Below, piece by piece: positions 53,563-61,483 of a DNA stretch of 61,483 bases (the first letter of the stretch is position 1; every line of letters starts with the position of its first letter). The translations under genes and the position numbers were made by a program. The DNA lies in NCBI GenBank assembly GCA_046760225.1, contig JBHIDR010000001.1, positions 1-61,483 on the forward strand, in the 5' to 3' direction. The notes under the pieces were generated by a model. The model ran no database searches. It was not told the origin of the DNA and saw only the letters and a list, made by a program, of their open reading frames with translations. Origin of the DNA: Candidatus Aenigmatarchaeota archaeon. GTDB taxonomy: Archaea; Aenigmatarchaeota; Aenigmatarchaeia; Aenigmatarchaeales; JACQIB01.

Positions 53563-54360
53563 ATGGCAGCAAAGCCAAAGGTAATAGATGTACATTGTCA
53601 CCCATGGTTCAGGGACCCTGTGGGCAAGAAAATAGCCAAAGAAGCTGGGATTAATTTTTCCATGAAGGGGCTTCTTGAGGATTTCAGGAAGAACAATGTT
53701 GTAAAGGCAATCCTGATTTCAGATGACAACAAGGTACTTGTTGACACTGTGAAGAAATATCCTAAGCTCTTTATTGGTGCTCCCATAGTACATCCACCAA
53801 AAGCCCAAAAAGACCTAAAGGAGATAAAGGCTGGCATTGGTGCAGGATATTTCGGTGCAATCAAGATACTTCCAGGATACTTTAATTTTTATCCGAGTGA
53901 CAAGGTGTACTGTCCCTTCTACAAGCTGGCTGCCAAGCACAACATTCCTGTAATTATCCATACAGGAGATACACTGAAGGGCGAGAAGGGGCGCCTGAAG
54001 TATGCCAGGCCAATACATGTTGATGATGCTGCTGTTGATTTCCAGGATGTCAACTTCATCCTCTGCCATATGGGCTGCCCCTGGTTCATGGAGGCTGCAG
54101 AGGTTGCCTACAAGAACCCCAATGTCTGGACAGACATATCAGGCATAGTGACCCATGAGCTCAACGACACTGACAAGAAGTACATAGTATATAGGCTGTC
54201 TGAGGCCATAAACTATGTTGGCCCGGAAAAAGTGCTCTTTGGAACAGACTATCCCCTTATCTCCCATAAGGAACTGCTTGATTTCACAAGGATGCTGGAT
54301 GTGACCAAGTCAGAACTAAGGCAGATACTTCACACCAATGCCTCCAAACTCCTGAAATAA
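53563..54360 (+). CDS. metal-dependent amidohydrolase-fold (TIM barrel) hydrolase
   Basis: It has KVIDVHCHPW, IIHTGD, ILCHMGCPW and FGTDYP, matching the Amidohydro_2-type ligand pattern. Confidence 0.7.
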   Translation: MAAKPKVIDVHCHPWFRDPVGKKIAKEAGINFSMKGLLEDFRKNNVVKAILISDDNKVLVDTVKKYPKLFIGAPIVHPPKAQKDLKEIKAGIGAGYFGAIKILPGYFNFYPSDKVYCPFYKLAAKHNIPVIIHTGDTLKGEKGRLKYARPIHVDDAAVDFQDVNFILCHMGCPWFMEAAEVAYKNPNVWTDISGIVTHELNDTDKKYIVYRLSEAINYVGPEKVLFGTDYPLISHKELLDFTRMLDVTKSELRQILHTNASKLLK

Positions 54361-54385
54361 ATGTTTTCTGGTCCAAGAATATCCT

Positions 54386-54772
54386 ATGGGATACCTCGAG
54401 AACAAGCGGAAAATGATAGAGAGTGGGGAGCTTATTCCTTTTGAATCTAAGGAGGCTGCTGTAGAGGCTCTGCAGGAGCAGCGCTATTGTTCTGATGCTG
54501 AAATTAAGGTCAAGGAGCGTGAGATAAGCAGGGAGCAATTGGAGGAGGATGGAGCAACAAAGAGGTACCTGGTCACCAAAGTTGTGGAGGAATATGACCC
54601 GGACGAGGCAAATCGTCAGTTCTACATCAAAGCAGTCCAAGATGGCTCAATTGAGCTTTACAGGAACAGGGAAGGCACCTTAGTGGTAATAATGCCGGAC
54701 AAGGTCCTTGAAAAATGGGACAAGGAAAGAGAGGCAAATTCTGTAAGATTTTTATATACCCCAGATAATTAA
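54386..54772 (+). CDS. hypothetical protein
   Basis: The 128-aa ORF has no recognisable motif. Confidence 0.5.
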   Translation: MGYLENKRKMIESGELIPFESKEAAVEALQEQRYCSDAEIKVKEREISREQLEEDGATKRYLVTKVVEEYDPDEANRQFYIKAVQDGSIELYRNREGTLVVIMPDKVLEKWDKEREANSVRFLYTPDN

Positions 54773-54788
54773 ATAAAGAGGTTAAAAC

Positions 54789-55199
54789 ATGAGAGATTTG
54801 GTTTTATATGCCCATTTAATACTGGGATTTGCTCTCATAGTGCTGTCAATAGTAATTTTACTTGAATCAAAGAAGAAATCTTCTTGGCTCAAGCCGCTTT
54901 CCGCTATAACTGCTGGCATAAGCTGGCTACACATGATTCCATCCGCCAGCCTCTACATAACATTTTATCCTGCAACAAAGAGCCTTATCAAGGCTGGCGC
55001 ATGGCCATGGGCACACCTGATTTTCATGGAAACAAAGGAGCACTGGAGTTTGCTTGTTCCGATCATAGCCACGCTTGCAGCCTGGCTGGTTTTCAGGGGC
55101 AAAATAGAAGAAAGCAAAAGATGGTGGATTCTTGTTATAGCCCTTACAGTACTGGTTGGAGTAATGGGAAGAGTTGTTACACTGGGGGCATTCATATGA
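54789..55199 (+). CDS. 4-TM membrane protein
   Basis: The 136-aa hydrophobic ORF has a stop that overlaps the next ATG. Confidence 0.55.
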   Translation: MRDLVLYAHLILGFALIVLSIVILLESKKKSSWLKPLSAITAGISWLHMIPSASLYITFYPATKSLIKAGAWPWAHLIFMETKEHWSLLVPIIATLAAWLVFRGKIEESKRWWILVIALTVLVGVMGRVVTLGAFI

Positions 55200-55486
55200 A
55201 GAAATTCAATTTTTATTTGGGGGCAAGCGTAAGCGCATGGCTGCTTGCAGTTTTGGTTATCGTGGCAGAGCTTGCAGAACCATTCAAAGCACTTCTAAAG
55301 ACAACGTTCGGGCATCACTGGACTGCCAAGGCAGTTATCATAACTTTGGCCTTCCTGGCCTTTGGCTATTTGCTGGGGGAAAGAAAAAGGGTTGGAAAGT
55401 TTTCAGACGACAGCGCAGCTTGGTACAGTGTGCTTGGCAGTTTGGCTGTAATCTTCCTGTTTTATGTGATTGAATTTTTTGTATGA
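55196..55486 (+). CDS. 3-TM membrane protein
   Basis: The internal Met of track ORF 54884..55486 (MKKFNFYLGASVSAWLLAVLVIV...) is used as the start, giving an ATGA overlap with the upstream gene. Confidence 0.5.
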   Translation: MKKFNFYLGASVSAWLLAVLVIVAELAEPFKALLKTTFGHHWTAKAVIITLAFLAFGYLLGERKRVGKFSDDSAAWYSVLGSLAVIFLFYVIEFFV

Positions 55487-55489
55487 GGC

Positions 55490-55921
55490 GTGGAAATGAA
55501 GAAAGAAAGGGCAATCGGTCTGGTAATCATCATAATTTTTGTAGGCATAACAGCGTATTTCTTCATTTCTTCAGAGGTCTTGGAACCGGGCGAGATCCCG
55601 TCTTATGTAACAGGCGAAATGCGCGCAATGTACGAGTGGTCAAACACCCCGGAAGGTGGAGCTCTGCTGGAGTATATGCCCTGCTACTGCGGATGCAAAT
55701 TTGAAGGTCATAAACATACAAGACATTGCTTTTGGAGGGATGACGGGACATTTGATAAGCACGGGATAACCTGTTCTGTTTGCCTTGACATAGCAAAGAA
55801 GACAAAGCAGATGCACGAGGAAGGAAAGGACATATGCGAGATAAGGAAGGAAATAGACAGCTTTTATGCCCCAAATGTAGAGCTTGGAACCGAAACACCA
55901 ATGCCTGCAGGCTGTGAATAA
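55490..55921 (+). CDS. PCYCGC-motif membrane-anchored protein
   Basis: It has an N-terminal TM helix, then MPCYCGCKFEGHKHTRHCFW...CSVC. The PCYCGC motif is present literally. Confidence 0.7.
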   Translation: MEMKKERAIGLVIIIIFVGITAYFFISSEVLEPGEIPSYVTGEMRAMYEWSNTPEGGALLEYMPCYCGCKFEGHKHTRHCFWRDDGTFDKHGITCSVCLDIAKKTKQMHEEGKDICEIRKEIDSFYAPNVELGTETPMPAGCE

Positions 55922-55939
55922 GATAATGCGGTGAGGAGG

Positions 55940-56011
55940 ATGGCAAAAAAGAAAGGTAAGAAAAAGGGGAAAAAGAAGAGGAAGAAAAAAAAGGTCTGTG
56001 AAGTCTGTTAG
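55940..56011 (+). CDS. 23-aa poly-Lys micro-ORF ending CxxC
   Basis: A strong SD (GGTGAGGAGG) sits directly upstream. It encodes MAKKKGKKKGKKKRKKKKVCEVC. Confidence 0.35.
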   Translation: MAKKKGKKKGKKKRKKKKVCEVC

Positions 56012-56029
56012 CTGCTTAAGGAGATAAAA

Positions 56030-56737
56030 TTGGTCGAGGGACTTACATTAGGAATAGTGGTTGCAGCAGCATTAGCTGACAGCATAAATCCCTGTGTATT
56101 CGGTGTTTTGATATTCCTTCTTGCATACATGGTCAAGGTTTTTAAGAACAAAACAAGGATGCTGATTGCAGCCCTGATATACATAACTGCTGTCTATATC
56201 ACGTATTTCTTGCTTGGTGTGGGCATATTTACATTGGCCTATACAGCAGGGCTTGCAAAGCCCTTTTACTGGTTTGCTGCTGCCATAGCCATAGCAGCAG
56301 GCATCTTTGAAGTAAAGGACTTCTTCTGGTATGGAAGATGGTTCTCCTTGCAGATAATTCCGGGAGGGCAAGAAAGGATAAGGAGGTATATCAAGACAAT
56401 GCAGAGGATGGAGACCAAGCACCCCTCACTTAGTTTGGTGATAGCGGCCCTGCTTGGGGTTCTCGTGGTCTTTGTTGAACTGCCCTGCACAGGGGCGCCG
56501 TATCTGGCAATTTTAGGAATACTGTCAGCAGGCGAATATGCTACAGGAATACCTTTGTTACTGCTTTACAACTTGGCATTCATTCTACCGCTCTTTGTCA
56601 TAGTAGGGCTTGTGTACTTTGGCCGAACCTCCAGGAAGCTTGAGAGATGGAGGAAGGAGCATCGCGGGTTTATGAGATTGGGAATCGGCCTGCTTTTATT
56701 GGCATTGGGCGCATACATGATATGGGCAGTTATTTGA
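56030..56737 (+). CDS. CcdA/DsbD-family thiol:disulfide electron-transfer membrane protein
   Basis: ALADSINPCVFGVLIFLL and VELPCTGAPYLAILG are the two conserved Cys-in-TM motifs of the DsbD_2/CcdA family. Confidence 0.75.
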   Translation: MVEGLTLGIVVAAALADSINPCVFGVLIFLLAYMVKVFKNKTRMLIAALIYITAVYITYFLLGVGIFTLAYTAGLAKPFYWFAAAIAIAAGIFEVKDFFWYGRWFSLQIIPGGQERIRRYIKTMQRMETKHPSLSLVIAALLGVLVVFVELPCTGAPYLAILGILSAGEYATGIPLLLLYNLAFILPLFVIVGLVYFGRTSRKLERWRKEHRGFMRLGIGLLLLALGAYMIWAVI

Positions 56738-56739
56738 TT

Positions 56740-57504
56740 CTATAAGAACAGCTTTGTAAGGATTGCTGTTCCCAGAATTATGCTAAATATCCCTATAGCA
56801 ATCTTTAGTTTTTTCGGATGGAATTTCCTGACCACATAGGCTGCTAGGGGTATTGAAGCAAGAGCGCCAATTAACAGGGAAACAATTAAGGACCAGTTTA
56901 AATGAACAAGCGTATTTATAGAGAGGTAGCCAAGCACGCCAATAATGCAGATTAGGCCTTCTGCAACCGAGGCAATGCCAACTGCTTTCTTGCCATCTAT
57001 CCCCGCTATAATCTGCCCTCCCACAATAACCGACCCGTAGCCGCCTCCTGTCATGCCCTTGTTGAAGGCAGCAAGTGAGCCAAGGCCAGTTATCTTTTTC
57101 CAGGAAAAGGGACGTTTTTTCTTGTGCCTGACCAGAACAAATATTCCAACAGTCAGGACAAGCAAGCCAATATAAGCCTTCAGGATGTTCTCAGGCAGTT
57201 CTACAGCAATCAAAGTGGCTATTAGGATTCCCAGCGCACCAAAAACAGTTAAAACCAGTGTTGTTTTGAAATACTTGCTCTTAAACCTCAAATCAACATT
57301 CTCAAACCTGTGATGGAAAAAGCCAGCAACAGGTCCGATAACAGCATTGGTAAGGAGGACGGTGGGTATAGCTTCCAGGGGAGCGAAACCCATGAGCAAC
57401 AGCAAAGGAGCCAGGGTGGTCCCATAACCCATGCCCAGGGAGGCATCAAAAAATTCCAGTATAAATGCTATTATAATAATTGAGAACATCAGTTCCGGGA
57501 ACAT
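56740..57504 (-). CDS. TauE/SafE-family (DUF81) anion exporter-like membrane protein
   Basis: The 254-aa ORF has about 8 TM helices and Gly-rich repeats (GMGYGT..., GGGYGSVIVGG). Confidence 0.6.
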   Translation of the reverse strand: MFPELMFSIIIIAFILEFFDASLGMGYGTTLAPLLLLMGFAPLEAIPTVLLTNAVIGPVAGFFHHRFENVDLRFKSKYFKTTLVLTVFGALGILIATLIAVELPENILKAYIGLLVLTVGIFVLVRHKKKRPFSWKKITGLGSLAAFNKGMTGGGYGSVIVGGQIIAGIDGKKAVGIASVAEGLICIIGVLGYLSINTLVHLNWSLIVSLLIGALASIPLAAYVVRKFHPKKLKIAIGIFSIILGTAILTKLFL

Positions 57505-57533
57505 GCTAAGAAATAGATTTTTAATTTAATAAA

Positions 57534-57546
57534 TGGTGCGGGAGAC
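57534..57546 (-). pseudogene. isolated copy of the tRNA-Leu 3' end (..CTCCCGCACCA)
   Basis: atggtgcgggag is identical to the 3' ends of both tRNA-Leu genes. No T-arm or 5' half is found nearby. Confidence 0.3.
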
Positions 57547-57731
57547 ACGCACTCCTACTGAAACAGAAAAACCGATGCTGTTTTTGAGCCCTGATTTCGG
57601 CCTCCAAATCAGTGGCTATGAGCTATTTTGGGCTGCTGGAATATAAGGATTTGGATATTAAACAGTAATCTTCTAAAATTAGTTACGTTATAGTAGTTAA
57701 GTACAAATGTGTTAACCTTCATTTATTTAAT

Positions 57732-58658
57732 ATGCAAGACTTCAGATATTTTTCAAAAGACAATATTGCAATACTCCAAAGGGAATTGACCATATTGCAA
57801 GGCACTTATGATGATAAGTATCATCCAGAGGATGAGCTTGTTACAGGCTATAATTACTACCTTTCTGATGCCCTTGACCCAAAGGCCCTGGTCATAGCAA
57901 TAAGCCTCTTACAGAGGGCAAAGAAACTCAAGAAAGAATTTTACAAGGACTTAAGGTCAAATCCACATACTCGTGTACTTTTGTCTGAAGAGAGAACAAG
58001 AGAAATCCCCCTTGAGAGGGACAAGCGTGCAATTTATCGTGCTGGTCCACTCTTTGAGATTCAAAGAGATCCTGAAACAAAAGAACTGGACAAGGACACT
58101 ATCCTATTTGACCTGGAAACCTTTGAAGACATACCTGAGGACATAGTTGAAAGGTGCAAATATGCAAAGGATGTAACAAAAATTGAACCAAAGTATAAGC
58201 ATATAGGCATAAAGGAGCTTGGTGGCTATGACATCATCCTTAACATAAAAAAGAAAAAAGAAGCACAGGAAGTATTGAAGCTTCTTAGAAGGAAGTCATC
58301 TCGTTACGAGTTGGGTATCGATGGAATGCCTCTCAGGGATAAACATAACAAAATAATAAAGAAAGACCCCGATAAAATATGGCCAGGAGCTGATGAAACA
58401 CCATGTATTATTTTAGGTGAGAAAATAGAAGAGTTTCTGGGCGAAGAACTATTGGATTTCACAAAATGTACCAAGACTTATATAATAAAGGAAATAGAGG
58501 AAGTCAGTTTCCTAACCTGCAAGACCACACCACAATTATTGCGGCATAAATCATATTTGAGTTTGAAATCACACTTTGGTAGCCTGATGGGTGAACCAGT
58601 TCTGGCATATGTTAACAATTATATGGTTAGGGAGTATATTGATGTGGTTGTAGAATAG
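57732..58658 (+). CDS. hypothetical protein
   Basis: The 308-aa ORF lies in an AT-rich stretch. I recognise no motif. Confidence 0.5.
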   Translation: MQDFRYFSKDNIAILQRELTILQGTYDDKYHPEDELVTGYNYYLSDALDPKALVIAISLLQRAKKLKKEFYKDLRSNPHTRVLLSEERTREIPLERDKRAIYRAGPLFEIQRDPETKELDKDTILFDLETFEDIPEDIVERCKYAKDVTKIEPKYKHIGIKELGGYDIILNIKKKKEAQEVLKLLRRKSSRYELGIDGMPLRDKHNKIIKKDPDKIWPGADETPCIILGEKIEEFLGEELLDFTKCTKTYIIKEIEEVSFLTCKTTPQLLRHKSYLSLKSHFGSLMGEPVLAYVNNYMVREYIDVVVE

Positions 58659-58693
58659 AAAGATTTAAAGGTTCCAAACCACAATAAATAAAT

Positions 58694-58966
58694 ATGGCTG
58701 GTAAGATGAGCTTAAGGAATATTGACATTATGGAGCCGAGCAAAGAAGAGGCAAAGTTCATCCTGAGCCTCTTAGATGAAGAATCGAGAAAATATCCGAA
58801 AACAATACATGTTGTAGTTCAAGAATATCATCCCAATGCCGGCTGTAATACGAGGATAAGAACAATAGATGTTGCTCGAGACTTATATAATCAAAGAGAA
58901 CATGCCCCCTATGTTTCGTGGTTTGCAACAAGAGAATATTATGAGAAGATAGTGGGAGATACGTGA
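58694..58966 (+). CDS. hypothetical protein
   Basis: The 90-aa ORF has no recognisable motif. Confidence 0.45.
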   Translation: MAGKMSLRNIDIMEPSKEEAKFILSLLDEESRKYPKTIHVVVQEYHPNAGCNTRIRTIDVARDLYNQREHAPYVSWFATREYYEKIVGDT

Positions 58967-59014
58967 GGTTTATGACAAACAGATTTTGAAAAAACATTCC
59001 TTCCATTTGAATCA

Positions 59015-59176
59015 TGGTGCGGGAGGCAGGATTCTCGGACTCCACCCTCAAGGAAGAGGGTAGAGGGAGAAACGTAGTTTCTCCTCTTTCGAACCTGCGA
59101 AGGGACTAACCCACTAGGTCCTAAGCTTCGCCTAAAAATTTATCTAGCGCCTTAGACCTGGCTTGGCGACTCCCGC
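59015..59176 (-). tRNA. tRNA-Leu(UAG) with two introns (anticodon stem 17 nt, T-loop 56 nt), CCA encoded
   Basis: The reverse complement is GCGGGAG TC GCCAAGCCAGGTCTAAGGC G CTAG[59127-59143]G CTTAGGA CCTAG TGGGTTAGTCCCTTC GCAGG TTCGAA[59032-59087]T CCTGC CTCCCGC A CCA. The mature length is 89 nt. Confidence 0.75.
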
Positions 59177-59904
59177 AATTCTGAAGTTTTGAAGTATAGA
59201 CCATAGTACTCCTTCTGGTATTTTTTATTTACCCATTGGTCTATATGAACATTTACATTCAGGTCTTTTAAAATAGCTGTAAGATCATCTCTAAAGCCTT
59301 TTGATGCAGTTGAAATTCTTGTATAAATTTTCTTCCTTTTGCCACCTTCAGTATCAATAACACCTCTAAGAAATGCCATTTTTATCTTACTACGAGAATT
59401 TTTAATCATAGGATGAATTGTTATTATATGACTTTTCTTACCCTTTGGTATCTTGAATATATCAGTTAAAATTAGACAAATAGGTTTGTTATTTATATCA
59501 AATCTGTACCTTAACTTTCTATTTTTTCTCTTATCTAAAATTAAAATATATCTTACATTGATATCAAATGTTTTATTTAATAATCTTGAAAATTTCCTTG
59601 CAAAGTCAGGTTTTGTAGTATCAAGTGATATTCTATACTTTCTTTTGGTTATATGACCATCACCCATTACAATGCCTATAAAGAATGCTAAATCCGTTGT
59701 GATTTTTAATGGTATTTTAGTTATATTGGTAGAGCCCTTTATTGGTCTAATATGGACATTATTCCTGTCCAATTTCACGACTTTTAAATTAGAAGCAGAG
59801 TTCATCTTGTTCAAGACAATATCCTTAAATTTCATAAAAAATATTATGATATTTTTTATATCTATTTCTATGCATAGCACCTTTGTATGTAGGCTTCCGC
59901 CCAA
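59152..59904 (-). CDS. free-standing double-motif LAGLIDADG endonuclease
   Basis: The motifs are FFIGIVMGDGHI and FLRGVIDTEGG. The last 25 nt overlap the 5' end of tRNA-Leu(UAG). Confidence 0.7.
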   Translation of the reverse strand: MGGSLHTKVLCIEIDIKNIIIFFMKFKDIVLNKMNSASNLKVVKLDRNNVHIRPIKGSTNITKIPLKITTDLAFFIGIVMGDGHITKRKYRISLDTTKPDFARKFSRLLNKTFDINVRYILILDKRKNRKLRYRFDINNKPICLILTDIFKIPKGKKSHIITIHPMIKNSRSKIKMAFLRGVIDTEGGKRKKIYTRISTASKGFRDDLTAILKDLNVNVHIDQWVNKKYQKEYYGLYFKTSELRESPSQV

Positions 59905-59933
59905 GTAAGAATTCAGAATTATAGTTTAAATAT

Positions 59934-60296
59934 TTATTCGCTCTCTTCCCCTATCTTTTTCCAGGCCTCTTCCAGCTCCTTGTATAGGACTTCCATCTTT
60001 TCAGGCGTATCTGCTGTAGAAGTAAGTTGGAAGATTTTCTTGAAAGCATTAACAACCTGATCAGCCTTTTTTTCAGAAAAATTCTTAAAATAATCCAATA
60101 ATTTCCTTTCCAAGAGCAAATAATTTTCTTTGTCAATTTTGTCTTTTAAAATATCCATATTCAGTTCGGCAAAGTTTCCTATATAGGAATCAATCTTTCT
60201 TCTGTAACTTGATTTCACAAGTTCTAACTCTTCCTTCATCTCATTGATATCTTTTCTGATCATCTCTCTATACTCTTTGATAGCATTTCCTTCCAT
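59934..60296 (-). CDS. small coiled-coil protein
   Basis: The 120-aa ORF is KE-rich and helical. Confidence 0.5.
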   Translation of the reverse strand: MEGNAIKEYREMIRKDINEMKEELELVKSSYRRKIDSYIGNFAELNMDILKDKIDKENYLLLERKLLDYFKNFSEKKADQVVNAFKKIFQLTSTADTPEKMEVLYKELEEAWKKIGEESE

Positions 60297-60367
60297 TTTG
60301 CTCTCACCTTTCCGAATATTAATAGAATAGTAATCTTTAAATAGTTATCACTTTAAGGTAGAAAATA

Positions 60368-61483
60368 TCATTTCTTTTTTAATCCCTTCTTGTGTTCCCT
60401 GTAATGTTCACCTTCTACCAATTTTCTTGCCTTTTCCATATCTCTTTCTTTTATAGCCTTAAGAAGTTGTTGTTTATGATGCTTCTTTGCTATATCAAAA
60501 TGTTCATCTTTTCTGATTTCATAGTTATTCTGATTTGTTTCAAAAAGAGCTGCATCTGAACCACGAAATGCCATTATAGTGGCAACGATTTCCTTTCTCC
60601 TATAGGCCTCCTTTAATTCAGGTGGAACTGGTTGTTTTTCTACTCTGACAGGTAGAGGTCTGTAAAACCTGACAAGCCAATTCCTATACCTTTCGTCTAC
60701 CCTCTCTTCCTTTTCTGTAACAGCGGCCTTCAGATTCTTTATCTCCTCCCCTCTCTTTTCATGTTCTTCCTTTACTAGCGTTTCAGCTATATTGTATATC
60801 TTTGCATTATCCGTGTAATACTCCTTCAATTTCTCTACTATCTTTTCTCCAATATTTTTCCTTATATCCTCTTCTTTGTTTTTATAAATCTCTTTTTTTA
60901 GCTTATTTTCTATTCCCTTTCTGATATCTTTCTCTTCGGTCTCTGTAACATACTCCCTTCTCATTTTTTCTTTCAATTCACCTATCTTGGTGTCTATCTT
61001 CTTTCTATATACCTTAGATACCTCCTTTCTTCTTTTGGTTAGGATATTAATTTTCTTTTGATATCCTTCTCTAATCGTCTTCTTCATTTCAGTCTCGATT
61101 TTCTTCTTGTACTCCCCTTTTCTAATATCGCTTTCAACCTCTTCTTTGATTTTCTTCTTGTACTCTCCTTTTAGTTCCTTGCTCCTGAAATTGTGTATAA
61201 GACCGAGAATCTCGCCTCTTTGCTGTTTCAATTTTTTATCTTTCAACTTGTCCTTAAACGTGTTCAAATAACTCTCAACACGTCTAAGAAGCCTTCTGTC
61301 TCTATTGTAGGCTACCTTGTATTCCCCACGGTTGCGGTATTCTATAAAGTTGATGTTGTCCATTGTCTTTGCTTCCAGATGTGGTCTGACAAGTGCACCT
61401 AGAACCTCGACAATTATTTTTTGGTCCCTTCCGTACTGCTCATATGACGCCTTTCCTATTTTCTTCCATAGCGGCAGGACCTT
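60368..61483 (-). CDS. KE-rich coiled-coil protein, probably 5'-truncated by window edge
   Basis: The frame stays open upstream of the first Met (61363) to the window end. It has repeated GEYKKKI.E motifs. Confidence 0.5.
   Translation of the reverse strand, partial: KVLPLWKKIGKASYEQYGRDQKIIVEVLGALVRPHLEAKTMDNINFIEYRNRGEYKVAYNRDRRLLRRVESYLNTFKDKLKDKKLKQQRGEILGLIHNFRSKELKGEYKKKIKEEVESDIRKGEYKKKIETEMKKTIREGYQKKINILTKRRKEVSKVYRKKIDTKIGELKEKMRREYVTETEEKDIRKGIENKLKKEIYKNKEEDIRKNIGEKIVEKLKEYYTDNAKIYNIAETLVKEEHEKRGEEIKNLKAAVTEKEERVDERYRNWLVRFYRPLPVRVEKQPVPPELKEAYRRKEIVATIMAFRGSDAALFETNQNNYEIRKDEHFDIAKKHHKQQLLKAIKERDMEKARKLVEGEHYREHKKGLKKK

Noticed and set aside
54884-55195. The N-terminal 104 aa of track ORF 54884..55486.
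   Set aside because: This part overlaps the 54789..55199 membrane gene in another frame. The internal Met at 55196 gives an ATGA-coupled, fully hydrophobic protein.
57534-57640. The possibility of a split-tRNA 3' half or a tRNA with a giant intron. The structured upstream RNA includes the hairpin CTGATTT-GGAGGCCG-AAATCAG.
   Set aside because: No T-arm (TTCGAA-type loop) and no matching 5' acceptor strand (GCGGGAG) were found nearby. Only about 12-17 nt resemble tRNA. It is reported only as a fragment or att-like repeat.

Overview
The window is a gene-dense archaeal chromosome segment. The archaeal markers are TFB, Alba, diphthine synthase, archaemetzincin, an AMMECR1 protein, paired Trm5/Taw2-type methyltransferases and an archaeal-type 16S rRNA. 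Genes are short, SD-led and often joined by ATGA or TAATG overlaps. This suggests a small-genome, DPANN-like lineage, but that is inference only. Six things stand out. (1) The 16S rRNA gene on the minus strand is spread over about 6.36 kb. It carries six long ORF-bearing insertions and several short ORF-less ones, placed inside the universally conserved primer sites. Three of the intron ORFs are LAGLIDADG-type. The other three form a paralogous family with an HTH and a Vsr/DUF559-like nuclease domain. (2) All four tRNA genes are intron-bearing. tRNA-His and both tRNA-Leu have an intron at the same T-loop position, and each tRNA-Leu has a second non-canonical intron. tRNA-Ala has a 28-nt intron at 33/34. 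(3) A 15-kb type-IV-pilus-like locus (22.3-37.5 kb) encodes a secretion ATPase split by a 515-aa intein and a polytopic platform protein. It also encodes about 17 genes with pilin-type M(K/R)G plus hydrophobic-helix N-termini, four of them below the ORF-track cutoff and two giant and Cys-rich. (4) Upstream of that locus lie a four-gene operon of hyper-charged coiled-coil proteins, a tandem array of paralogous membrane proteins, and tandem nucleotidyltransferase paralogs. (5) The deoxyribose-phosphate aldolase is circularly permuted. (6) An amino-acid permease is fused to a SAM methyltransferase. I found no CRISPR array, no 23S or 5S rRNA, and no integrase or transposase.
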